This document shows positions 1 through 8,923 of a stretch of 64,000 nucleotides of DNA, one piece after another; the stretch's first letter is position 1; each line of letters begins with the position of its first letter. The stretch lies in contig JBGANV010000001.1 of the NCBI GenBank assembly GCA_044222185.1, forward strand, positions 1,216,001 through 1,280,000, in the 5' to 3' direction. Made by a program: the position numbers and the translations under genes. A model generated the notes under the pieces. That model was not told the origin of the DNA. It searched no databases and saw only the letters and a program-made list of their open reading frames with translations. The DNA is from Planctomycetota bacterium (lineage in GTDB: Bacteria; Planctomycetota; GCA-002687715; CAIWVZ01).

Positions 1-1
1 C

Positions 2-760
2 GACGCGGGGCGACTTGCCGACGCTGCGTTGACGAGTCCGCTCGTGCGGTCGTTCGGCATCTCCGGACTGACGCTCGAGTCGGTCCGATCACCGCTCGTT
101 GACGTCACGGGAATCCGGTTCCTCCTCGCCGCGCGTCCCATGGAGTCCCGCGCGGAGGCGTTCCGTGCGAGCGGGCTCGTTCGGGTGTTCCCGCCCCCCA
201 CGGATTCCCGAGCGACCCCCGAGATCTACGTCTATGAGAACCGTCGCGCGTTCGACGGCGTCTTCCTCGTACATGAGGCGACCGACACGTCGACTCTCCC
301 TGGCAAGCCCGCCCCCGCGCATGCGATCCACGACGGAACGATCGATGCGACGACGACGGCCGCCTTCGACGGGAAGCCGCCGCCGTTCGCCCCGGGCGCA
401 GCATCGAATGAGAAGGACGGAATCGTCGTCGTCGACCGGCGGCCCGGCACCTGGGAACTGGCCGTCACCCTGGCATCGGACGGATTCGTCCTCGTCAACG
501 AGACCTTCGATCCTGGCTGGACGGCCGCGCGCGATGACGGCGTGGGCGGCGAACTCCCGATCGCGCGCGCCGACGGCTCGCTCATGGCCGTCGCATTGGG
601 TCGCGGGTCGCACCGCTTGAGCCTGCGCTACCGTCCCCCGCGATTCACCCTCGGAGTGGTGCTCGCCGCCATCGCGGCGCTCGCCATGGGCGCCTGCCTG
701 ATCCTGAACAGACCGCGGGCCGACGCGGACGCGGCACCGCGACCGGAGCCCGCCACATGA
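2..760 (+). CDS. YfhO-family (GT-C-like) membrane protein, C-terminal part, truncated by the window edge
   Basis: Frame is open from position 2. C-terminal motif 'VLVNETFDPGWTA...ARADGSLMAVALGRGSHRLSLRYRP' followed by a TM helix is typical of YfhO. Stop overlaps the next start (ATGA). Confidence 0.8.
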   Translation, partial: DAGRLADAALTSPLVRSFGISGLTLESVRSPLVDVTGIRFLLAARPMESRAEAFRASGLVRVFPPPTDSRATPEIYVYENRRAFDGVFLVHEATDTSTLPGKPAPAHAIHDGTIDATTTAAFDGKPPPFAPGAASNEKDGIVVVDRRPGTWELAVTLASDGFVLVNETFDPGWTAARDDGVGGELPIARADGSLMAVALGRGSHRLSLRYRPPRFTLGVVLAAIAALAMGACLILNRPRADADAAPRPEPAT

Positions 761-3252
761 CGGTGCGGGCCGGGCTCGCAGCGGTCGTCGTCTTCTCGAT
801 CGCGTGTTTCCTGCCGCACCTTTCCCGGGGCCTCGGCCTTCGCGGCGCGACCGAGTCGGTCGTTCCGCCTTGGTCCGCCGTCCCTGTGGAAGCGAACCTC
901 GACGCCTCGGCGACCGACGCACTCATCTACAGCTACCCGAATCTCGTGCACTGGCAGCGCGCGGTCGCCGGGGATTGGACCGGCCTGTTCTGGAACCCGC
1001 ACCTGTTCTGCGGGACTCCGTTCCTGGCGACTCTCGACACGTGTGCGCTCTATCCGACGAACGCCCTCTCGCTCGTGCTTCCCCCCGGGGCGTTCCTTCT
1101 GGCAGTCGCCTTGATCCACGTGCTCCTCGCGAACGTCGGCGCGTATCTCGCATTGCTGCGCCTCCGGATCAGACCATCCTCCGCGCTCCTCGGTGCCTGT
1201 GCATTCGGTGCATCGCCGTGGTTCCTCGCGCATCTCGACGTCGTCAACTTCCCACAAGCGGCCGCGTGGCTGCCGTGGATGGCGTTGTTCGCCGACCGCC
1301 TCCTCGCCGACGGCCGCGTACGAGACGCCGCCGGCCTCGCCGCATGCCTCGCAGTCTCGATCCTCGGTGGGATGATCCAGATCACCGGCATCGCAGTCGT
1401 GTGCGTCCTGATGCTCGCGGCCGCGCGCGTCGTGACCATCTCGGCTCACGGTGGGCGCCGACGCGCGGCCCTGCGTGTCGCAGCGGCGATCCTGGCGGGC
1501 CTGGCCCTCGCCGCGCCGCAGCTCGCGCCGACCGTCGAGCATGGTTGGGACGCCCCGCGCGTCACGACGAGCGCGGGCGACGCCCTTCGCTTCGCGCACC
1601 GCCCGCTCGAGTGGCTCCAGCTCCTCTACCCCGAGATCCTGGGCACGCCCGCGGACCTCAGCCGATTCGGCGCGGGCAGCGCGCAACTTCTGACTGCGCC
1701 CAGCGAGTCCACGTATCCCCCGGCCGCGCTTGCCGGGAGTCGCGGCCCGGGCATGACGTTCACCGAGAGTGTTTGCGGCCCGGGAGTCGTCGCCCTCGCC
1801 CTCGCGCTGGCGGCGCTCGCGTCGAGCGAACGCAAACGCGCCCTCCCATTCCTGCTGCTCATCGCCATCGGTGCGCTCGCCTCGTCCGACTCGCCCCTGA
1901 CACGGCTCGTGTTCCAGATCCCGGGGTCGACCCTGGGCAATCCCAAGCGCTTCCTCCTCGCGTGCTGCGTCGGATTTGCCGGATGCGCCGCGCTGGGCGC
2001 CGAGGCCCTTGCCGATCGCCGCCGCGGGGCGCGGATCGCGGCGGTCGTTCCGGCATTCGCCATCGTCCTCTTCTGCGCCTCGATCGCCGCCGTTCCCGAT
2101 CTCGTCGAGGAGTGGCTCGCGCGAGCCGTGGGATGCGACGTCCGCTTCTGCCGTGGAGTCGCGGCCGTACTCTTGACCCAGGCCGCGCTCCCAGCGGGCG
2201 TCGCCATCGCCACGGCCGTAGTTGCACGCGCGCACCGACTCGGACCCTTCGCAGGACACGCGATTCTCGCCGGCCTCGCTCTCGTTTCCGCCGCGTCCTT
2301 CAACGCCAATCAGAACCCGGGACACGCCGAACGCCGCCTCTTCCCATCGACGGTCACGACGCGGTACATCGCGGCTCGCGCAAACCGCAGCGACGACGTG
2401 TCGCCGTTCCGTGCGGCGGCGACGACGCCGTTCCGGATCGCCCGCTTCCGCGGGGCTACGGCGCGCGTCCCGGCTCCGCTTCCTCCGAACACGGCGATCC
2501 TCTTCGGTTTCCGCGACCTTCAAGGCTATGAAGGGCTCGTCCCACCGCGGCTCGAGGAACTCCTCACTCGACTCCAGGCTGACGTCGTCTTCGAACACCA
2601 CATGGTGCGCGAATGGTCCGACGCCCGCGTCCTCGCGAAGCCCGTGTTCCACTTCCTCGGGGTTCGCCTCGTGCTCAGTTCGAACGACGAGGTTCCCGGC
2701 CTTCCGACGAGCACGCTGGTCCCCGAGGAGAACGTGGGGGTTTTCGAGAACTGGTCCGCTCGCCCCCTCGCATCGTGCGTGACGTCCGTGCGTACCTTCG
2801 AGTCCGACCCCGCGCTCCTCGACGCGCTGGTGGGCGACGAATTCCTCCCCGGCCGCGAGGTTCTCGTGCTCGCGCAGGACGCGTCGGCGCTTCATTCCAA
2901 GCCGCAAGCCGGCGGTGTCGATAGTCAACCGGCGGCACCAACCGTTCGCTGGAAGCAAACCAGTGCCGGCGTGATCGATCTCTCCTGGGAGGGCGACCTG
3001 CCCGGGCCACTCGTCGTGGCGGAATCGTTCTCACCGGGGTGGCGTGCCGAGACTCCCGATGGTGCGAGCGTGAAGATCCTGCGTGCGAATCACGCTTTCA
3101 TGGCCATGACCGTCCCTGCGGGCTCCCGCTCACTGACCCTTCATTACGTTCCGCGCGCGTTCTTCCTGGGCCTCGGCATCGCGTGCCTCGGGCTCGGGGC
3201 GCTCGGGCTCAGTGGTATTCTCTCGCACCGCCGCTCGCGACGGTCCCTCTGA
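757..3252 (+). CDS. YfhO-family polytopic membrane glycosyltransferase (GT-C-like)
   Basis: 'LFWNPHLFCGTPFLA..LYP', many TM segments, 'DLQGYEGL', and C-terminal 'ESFSPGWRA..LRANHAFMAMTVPAG..LHYVP' plus TM. Confidence 0.85.
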   Translation: MTVRAGLAAVVVFSIACFLPHLSRGLGLRGATESVVPPWSAVPVEANLDASATDALIYSYPNLVHWQRAVAGDWTGLFWNPHLFCGTPFLATLDTCALYPTNALSLVLPPGAFLLAVALIHVLLANVGAYLALLRLRIRPSSALLGACAFGASPWFLAHLDVVNFPQAAAWLPWMALFADRLLADGRVRDAAGLAACLAVSILGGMIQITGIAVVCVLMLAAARVVTISAHGGRRRAALRVAAAILAGLALAAPQLAPTVEHGWDAPRVTTSAGDALRFAHRPLEWLQLLYPEILGTPADLSRFGAGSAQLLTAPSESTYPPAALAGSRGPGMTFTESVCGPGVVALALALAALASSERKRALPFLLLIAIGALASSDSPLTRLVFQIPGSTLGNPKRFLLACCVGFAGCAALGAEALADRRRGARIAAVVPAFAIVLFCASIAAVPDLVEEWLARAVGCDVRFCRGVAAVLLTQAALPAGVAIATAVVARAHRLGPFAGHAILAGLALVSAASFNANQNPGHAERRLFPSTVTTRYIAARANRSDDVSPFRAAATTPFRIARFRGATARVPAPLPPNTAILFGFRDLQGYEGLVPPRLEELLTRLQADVVFEHHMVREWSDARVLAKPVFHFLGVRLVLSSNDEVPGLPTSTLVPEENVGVFENWSARPLASCVTSVRTFESDPALLDALVGDEFLPGREVLVLAQDASALHSKPQAGGVDSQPAAPTVRWKQTSAGVIDLSWEGDLPGPLVVAESFSPGWRAETPDGASVKILRANHAFMAMTVPAGSRSLTLHYVPRAFFLGLGIACLGLGALGLSGILSHRRSRRSL

Positions 3253-3254
3253 TC

Positions 3255-4037
3255 ATGCACGCGCAATGGAAGGTTTCCGTGATCGTCCCGGCCTACAACG
3301 AAGAGGCCACGATCGCCGAGGTGGTCCGCGACTTCCGCGCTCACCCTTCAGTCGACGAAGTCGTCGTCGTCGACAACAACTGCCGTGACGCAACGGCCGA
3401 ACGCGCTCGGTCGGCGGGCGCGCGTGTCGTCCAGGAGTCCGCGCCGGGCTATGGGTGCGCGCTTCGGCGCGGCTTGGACGAAGCGACGGGCGACTTCCTC
3501 GTGCTCGTGGAGGCGGACGGCTCGTTTCGGGCTCACGACCTGGACAAGTTCCTCTGCTACCTCCCCGACTGTCATCTGGCACTCGGCACGCGGACCACGC
3601 GCCAGATGGTGCAGCAGGGCGCCAACATGGACTTCCTCCTGCGATGGGGGAACGTCGCGGCGGCGAAGATCCTCGAACTCTTGTGGTACATCCCGAACGA
3701 ACCACGAATCACGGACGTTGGTTGCACGTATCGGGCCCTGCATCGCGATGCATGGGCCCTCATCCGCGACGGCCTCACCTGCGCAGGCCCGGCGTTCTCG
3801 CCGGAGATGATCTGCGAGACCTTGAGGCATGGACTCCGGGTCATCGAGATCCCGGTGCACTACTTCAACCGGGCCGGCGGCGAATCGAAGCACAGCAAAG
3901 GGCTCCCGCAAATCATCAAAACCGGACTGCGGATGATGCGCGCCATCATCCGCAAGAGGTTCGAAAGCCGTCCCGCCGCTGAGAGACTCGCCCGCGCGGC
4001 TTCGCTGGCGACTCCAGGGCAAACTTCGCCGCCGTGA
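3255..4037 (+). CDS. Glycosyltransferase family 2 (DPM1/polyprenol-phosphate sugar synthase-like)
   Basis: 'VSVIVPAYNEE', 'VVVDNNCRDAT', 'GYG.AL', 'EADGS', 'IEIPVHY..R.GGESK'. ATG at 3255 directly follows the upstream stop. Confidence 0.9.
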   Translation: MHAQWKVSVIVPAYNEEATIAEVVRDFRAHPSVDEVVVVDNNCRDATAERARSAGARVVQESAPGYGCALRRGLDEATGDFLVLVEADGSFRAHDLDKFLCYLPDCHLALGTRTTRQMVQQGANMDFLLRWGNVAAAKILELLWYIPNEPRITDVGCTYRALHRDAWALIRDGLTCAGPAFSPEMICETLRHGLRVIEIPVHYFNRAGGESKHSKGLPQIIKTGLRMMRAIIRKRFESRPAAERLARAASLATPGQTSPP

Positions 4038-4042
4038 GGCCC

Positions 4043-4069
4043 TTGACATCCCAATGGGTGAGGTACGCT
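4043..4069 (+). promoter_or_regulatory. sigma70-like promoter, probably leaderless
   Basis: TTGACA (4043-4048), 15-nt spacer (short), TACGCT (4064-4069), then ATG 7 nt downstream with no SD. Confidence 0.45.
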
Positions 4070-4076
4070 TCCGGGC

Positions 4077-5534
4077 ATGCCGTTTCCTAGCCCTCGGCGC
4101 GCCGCTCGGCGCTCCGGGATCTGCCTCCTCGCCCTCGTCATCTCGACAGTAGTTTCAGCGCAGTCCGCAAGCGGACTCGTGTTGCAGCCGGGCTACAAGT
4201 CCGCCATCTACGCAGGGCCGTTTCCGGACCTCGTGACGTCGATGACTCAGGACCCGCAGGGGCACGTCTACGTCGGGATGATCGGCGGGTGCATCCACCG
4301 TCTGACCGACTACAACCAGGACGGAATCGTCGACTCGACGAACGTGTTCTTCACCAGCGGTGGAACGTTTTCGTCGCTGACGGACATCCTCTGGATCGGG
4401 ACCAAGCTCTACGCAAGCCATCTGGGCACCGTCTCCACGCTGGAAGACACGAACAACGACGGTGTCGCCGACGTCGTCGCGACCATCGTCACGAACCTGC
4501 CCATCGGGTTCCACCAGAACAACGGTCTGCTCCAGGATGGCCCCAATCACCTCCTGATCTGCAGTGGATCGTGCACGGACATCGGGCCCGAGACGAACCC
4601 GATCAGCGCGGCGATCCTCCGCTGCGGGCTCGACGGGTCGAACCTCACCGTGTGGGCCACGGGCGTCCGCAACACGTTCCGCCTCGCGCGCCACCCGGCC
4701 ACCGGCGAAGTCTTCGGCGGCGACAACGAGTGGAATTCGCACCCATCGCTGCCGCTCAAAGGCGACGAGATCAACCGGATACAGCCGGGCGCCGACTACG
4801 GGTTTCCCACGTGCTTCGGGATTCCTCCGGCCGGGTCGACGTCACAACCTCCCACGGTCCAGTTCCCGCCACACGTGGCGCCGGTCGGGATGGCATTCAA
4901 CCCGAACACGATGATTTCGGGTTACCGGAACGAGCTCTACGTCGCGCTGTTCCCGCGGCCGTACATCAACGCCGTCGTGCGCGTCCCGATCTGGTATGGA
5001 CCGAGGACCGGCAACCCGGTCGGTGTCTACGACGGGTTCGCTCTCGCGTTCCAGAACCCGATCGACGTCGAATTCCTGCCCGACGGATCCATGCTCGTCG
5101 CGGACTTCACGGCGAAAGTGATTCACCGGATCACACCCATCAGCGACGCCATCGTGACGGTCGACGGAGTGCCTGAGATCGGCGGGACGTTCCCCATCCA
5201 GCTGAAGTCCGCCTCGCATCCATTCGCGACGATCATCATGGGTGCGTCCCATGCTGGTGGGCCGCCGCTTCCCCTCACGCCGCAGCTGAACCTCTACCTC
5301 GAGGCCAGTTCGCCGTTGTTGCCGTTCAGCCTCACCCCGAACAACGGGATCTTCCAGTTCCCGGCGCCGGGGCAGCTCGACGCCAATGGTGAGGCGACGG
5401 CGACCGTGTCGATCCCGAACGTCCCATCGCTCATCGGCAGCCAGTTCTTCGTCGCGTTCGTGGTCTTCGGCCCGAACATGACCATGCTCGAATCATCCCC
5501 CGAGCAGCGAATCCTCATCGTGCCGCAGTTCTGA
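4077..5534 (+). CDS. Secreted glucose/sorbosone dehydrogenase-like beta-propeller protein with a C-terminal beta domain
   Basis: Signal peptide, 'ATGVRNTF', 'GDEINRIQPGADYGFP', 'HVAPVGMAF', 'NPIDVEFLPDGSMLVAD'. Confidence 0.8.
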   Translation: MPFPSPRRAARRSGICLLALVISTVVSAQSASGLVLQPGYKSAIYAGPFPDLVTSMTQDPQGHVYVGMIGGCIHRLTDYNQDGIVDSTNVFFTSGGTFSSLTDILWIGTKLYASHLGTVSTLEDTNNDGVADVVATIVTNLPIGFHQNNGLLQDGPNHLLICSGSCTDIGPETNPISAAILRCGLDGSNLTVWATGVRNTFRLARHPATGEVFGGDNEWNSHPSLPLKGDEINRIQPGADYGFPTCFGIPPAGSTSQPPTVQFPPHVAPVGMAFNPNTMISGYRNELYVALFPRPYINAVVRVPIWYGPRTGNPVGVYDGFALAFQNPIDVEFLPDGSMLVADFTAKVIHRITPISDAIVTVDGVPEIGGTFPIQLKSASHPFATIIMGASHAGGPPLPLTPQLNLYLEASSPLLPFSLTPNNGIFQFPAPGQLDANGEATATVSIPNVPSLIGSQFFVAFVVFGPNMTMLESSPEQRILIVPQF

Positions 5535-5588
5535 GGGACTGGCCTGGAGGCCGCGCGTGGGGACGCACCGCGCACGGCATGGTCCCCG

Positions 5589-5630
5589 AAAAAGAACGAG
5601 GCCCCGCGACACCGTTGTGCCGCAGGGCCT
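5589..5630 (-). terminator. Intrinsic terminator on the minus strand
   Basis: 14-bp stem AGGCCCTGCGGCAC-aacg-GTGTCGCGGGGCCT, fully paired only on the minus strand (two G-U pairs), followed by CGTTCTTTTT. Confidence 0.65.
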
Positions 5631-5790
5631 GACGTCCATCCGCTTCTGGTCGTCCTCCCATTCGAGGGAGCGACCACGTCCCATTCGTTGCGAAATGAAG
5701 GCGGACTCCGCCAGCCATTGACACCGGGGACCCTCCGTCCGAACAGGCCTGAAGCCGTGCGCATCGTTTGAGGCCACCGCGGCCCCGAAC
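5589..5790 (-). ncRNA. Candidate structured small RNA (~200 nt)
   Basis: Orphan minus-strand terminator, several internal hairpins, 5'/3' complementarity, and a possible promoter TGGCTT-17-TACATC at 5824-5796. Confidence 0.35.
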
Positions 5791-5956
5791 AAGATGATGT
5801 ACGCCTGCCCGAACCGGTAAGCCACTCCGGAAGCCGCAGACCCGACTTCCTCTCGCCTGACCATTCACCGGGCTCCATGCCCGAGCGACATCGAATCGCA
5901 CCAGTGTTCTCGGATGTCCTTCGCAAGAGTTGAGGGCTGATGCGAGAACGCGCGGC

Positions 5957-5985
5957 TTGACAGCGGATCCCGCGGGCGGAAGACT
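5957..5985 (+). promoter_or_regulatory. sigma70-like promoter, probably leaderless
   Basis: TTGACA-17 nt-AAGACT, with ATG at 5993 exactly 7 nt downstream. Confidence 0.55.
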
Positions 5986-5992
5986 GCCGCCC

Positions 5993-6925
5993 ATGGATGG
6001 TCTGATGGGAGTGATCCTCTCCGCGGGCAAAGGTTCGCGGATCGACCCGTTCAATACGCAGTACCCGAAGCCGCTCCTTCCCGTGGGGAACGTGCCGATC
6101 CTCGGGCACCACCTGGAACGGTTCAAATCCCTTGGCATTCGCCACGCCAAGATCGTGGTCGGACACCTGATGGATCACATCATCAACTACTACGGCCGCG
6201 GCGACGAGGTTGGGCTGGCGATCCAGTACATCGAGCAGGAACACACGCTCGGAATCGCCCACGCCGTCGGGAAGGTCGAGCCACACGTCGACGGTCCGAT
6301 CCTGCTCTGCCTCGGCGACATCTTCTATCTCACGAGTGGCATCGAGCGGCTCGTCACCAGGTTCGCCCGCGGCGACGTCGCCGGAGTCCTCGCCGTGATG
6401 GACGAGCCGGACCCGGCGTCGATGAAGAAGAACTTCTCCGTCGAATTGGACGGCAACGGTTTCGTGCGGCGCGTCGTCGAGAAGCCACGCGAGCCCAGGT
6501 CGCGCCTGAAAGGCTGCGGGATCTACCTCTTCGGCCCGCAGATCTTCGACGCCATCCGCAAGACCCCCCGCACGGCGTTGCGAGACGAATACGAGATCAC
6601 GACCTCGATCCAGCTCCTCGTCGACGACGGTCACAAGATCGCGGTGGAGTCGGTCATCGACTGGGACCTGAACGTGACGTTCCCGAAGGATCTCCTCACG
6701 GGGAACATCCACTACCTCGAGCACCTCGGCCGCGACTCGATCGTCGATCCCTCGGCCCGCGTCCACCCCGACGCGCGCATCACGCGCACGGTCGTCGGGA
6801 AGAACGTCGTCATCGATTCGCCCATCGCTCTCGACGAATGCGTCATCCTCCCGGGAAGCCGAATCACCGGTTCGGAGGGATTGCGCCGAACGATCGTCTC
6901 GCGAGACATCGTGATCAGGTGCTGA
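5993..6925 (+). CDS. Sugar-phosphate nucleotidyltransferase (glucose-1-P thymidylyltransferase-like)
   Basis: 'GVILSAGKGSRIDP...PKPLLPVGN', 'LGIAHAV', 'LGD', 'VVEKP', 'EYEIT', and a C-terminal hexapeptide/LbH-like tail. Confidence 0.9.
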   Translation: MDGLMGVILSAGKGSRIDPFNTQYPKPLLPVGNVPILGHHLERFKSLGIRHAKIVVGHLMDHIINYYGRGDEVGLAIQYIEQEHTLGIAHAVGKVEPHVDGPILLCLGDIFYLTSGIERLVTRFARGDVAGVLAVMDEPDPASMKKNFSVELDGNGFVRRVVEKPREPRSRLKGCGIYLFGPQIFDAIRKTPRTALRDEYEITTSIQLLVDDGHKIAVESVIDWDLNVTFPKDLLTGNIHYLEHLGRDSIVDPSARVHPDARITRTVVGKNVVIDSPIALDECVILPGSRITGSEGLRRTIVSRDIVIRC

Positions 6926-6929
6926 TCCG

Positions 6930-8912
6930 GTGAGCCACGTCTCAGCTCCGGCGAAACGCGCGCCGAGCCCGGCGAAACGAGGGCCTACGCCGTGGCCGGC
7001 GTGCCTCGTCTTCTTGGCCGGCGTCGCCGTCTACTGGGCGTCCGCATCTTGCGCGTTCATCAAGGACGATCTGACGCTCGGTCAGCTCACGCAGGACGGG
7101 ATCCACCCCGACTCGGGCGCGATCCTGCGGAACTTCCTCTGGCCCACGGGCCTGACGCACGACCAGTTCTATCGGCCGCTTCCGGTCCTCTTCGGAGCAT
7201 TCGACCTTTGGGCTTTCGGGCCCAACCCGCTGCTCTTCCGAATCTGCAACGTCGGGTTCCATGCGCTGAACGGCGTGTTGCTCGCGCTGCTCGTCAACCG
7301 GCTCACGGGTTGGAGACGCGCAGCAGTCGGCTGGCTCGCCGGACTTCTCTTCGCACTGCACCCGCTTCACGCCGAGGCCGTCCTCTGGATCACGCAACGG
7401 ATGGTCGTTCAGTGCCTCACCTGGCACCTCCTCACGGCGTTGTGCTTCACGAGCTGGCTGCGCCACCGCCGGCGATCGAGCCTCGTCCTGACGGTCGTCT
7501 TCGCGGCTGCAGCCTGCCTCACGAAGGAAGTGTCCGCCGCCATGCCGGCGATGCTCGTCGTCCTCGCGTGGTTCGTCGGCCAGCCAGCCGGCGTCGGCGC
7601 GTTCGACCGTCGCCGGCTGCAACTCGCCGCGAAGGTCACGGGTCTGGCTGCGCTGATCCCGGCATTCGTCTTCGGCCTGCGGTACACCCTCTTCGGAACG
7701 TGGGAGGGGACGTACGGCAACCTCTCACCGGCGGCGTATGCGGCGTCACGCCACGTCTTCGAGCGGCTCCCGCAGAGCCTCATCAACGGCTTCTGGGCCG
7801 TCAACCCCTCCGAGGCATCACGCTCGGTTCGCATCTCGCTCGGGATCGCGTGGCTCGTCCTGCTCCTCCCGCTGCCGCTCCTGCGCCTCGCGCGGGGAGT
7901 CGTCCGGGGCGAGGCGCGCGCCGCGGCGGCGGTACTTGCCACGTTCGCGGTCGCGTCGTTTCTCCCGACGCTCTACATCTTCTACGTGGACCCGGGTCTC
8001 ACGAACGGGCGCTTCCTCTACCAGCCGATCGCGGGCCTCGTGGGGCTCGTGATGTGCGGATTCGCGCTGCCCGCGCGGCCCAGGTCGTCCTTGGACCTGT
8101 CCGTTCCGGCGGCCGCCGCAGTGCTCTTCGCCGTCGCCGGGCAGATCAACCAGCACGCCTACGACGGTGCGCATCGTCAGATCCAGGCCGTGACGCGCGG
8201 GATCCGCGAGCAACTCGAATACTGGAAGCCCGACGGCCTCGCCGTCGTCTACGACGTCCCGGTCGAGCACCACGGCGTTCCGACGATCGACCTCTATCTG
8301 CCCCTGCTCATGTCGCCACCGTTCCAGCCGACGACCATCGACGCATTCCCATTCGTCGGCGGATCGGAAGCCGAGTGGCCGCGTGCTCTCATCGGAACCG
8401 ACGGCAGGTCTGGCGGAGCGTTCTCCGCGTGGCGTGACCAACCTGGGCATGCGGAGCGCGCGCTTCTGCACCTCGTCTACGCCGACGATCCGCCGCGCGT
8501 CAGCCCGCTCTTCGGCGCCGCCGAAAGCGAAGAGGGCGCCAAGCCGCCCACGCTCGTCGCTCCCGAGGACGGCGCCGTCGTCGTCTGCCCTGGCGAGGAA
8601 CCGGTCTTCGTGTTCTCGGCTGTCCGCGGATCGGCCTACTACCGCTTGCACTTCCAGGTCCCGGGAAAGCGATTCGTCCTGGACGTGAAGCCGTCCACGC
8701 ATCTCGTGCGCAGCGGCACTCGCCTCGAGTATCGGTTCTTCCGGGGAAACGCGTCCGGCGTCCCGGACATGTGGCACGACGTGGGAGCCCAGTCGTTTCC
8801 AAGTCCGCTTCCGCTGCAATGGCGAGTGGAGGCGATCGGTGCCGAGCAGGACACGCTCGGCACGTCGGCATCGCGCCGCATGGTCGTGCTCAACGCTGCG
8901 TTGAAGCGCTGA
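6930..8912 (+). CDS. GT-C type membrane glycosyltransferase (PMT/TMTC/ArnT-like) with a periplasmic C-terminal domain
   Basis: 'FIKDD', 'FYRPL', 'LFALHPLHAEAVLWI', 'LTKE', 'RFLYQP', multiple TMs. Confidence 0.75.
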   Translation: MSHVSAPAKRAPSPAKRGPTPWPACLVFLAGVAVYWASASCAFIKDDLTLGQLTQDGIHPDSGAILRNFLWPTGLTHDQFYRPLPVLFGAFDLWAFGPNPLLFRICNVGFHALNGVLLALLVNRLTGWRRAAVGWLAGLLFALHPLHAEAVLWITQRMVVQCLTWHLLTALCFTSWLRHRRRSSLVLTVVFAAAACLTKEVSAAMPAMLVVLAWFVGQPAGVGAFDRRRLQLAAKVTGLAALIPAFVFGLRYTLFGTWEGTYGNLSPAAYAASRHVFERLPQSLINGFWAVNPSEASRSVRISLGIAWLVLLLPLPLLRLARGVVRGEARAAAAVLATFAVASFLPTLYIFYVDPGLTNGRFLYQPIAGLVGLVMCGFALPARPRSSLDLSVPAAAAVLFAVAGQINQHAYDGAHRQIQAVTRGIREQLEYWKPDGLAVVYDVPVEHHGVPTIDLYLPLLMSPPFQPTTIDAFPFVGGSEAEWPRALIGTDGRSGGAFSAWRDQPGHAERALLHLVYADDPPRVSPLFGAAESEEGAKPPTLVAPEDGAVVVCPGEEPVFVFSAVRGSAYYRLHFQVPGKRFVLDVKPSTHLVRSGTRLEYRFFRGNASGVPDMWHDVGAQSFPSPLPLQWRVEAIGAEQDTLGTSASRRMVVLNAALKR

Positions 8913-8923
8913 GCCGGGGCGCG

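Noticed and set aside
628-2958. 776-aa minus-strand ORF
   Set aside because: Antisense shadow of the YfhO gene; Arg-rich, no motifs, expected at high GC.
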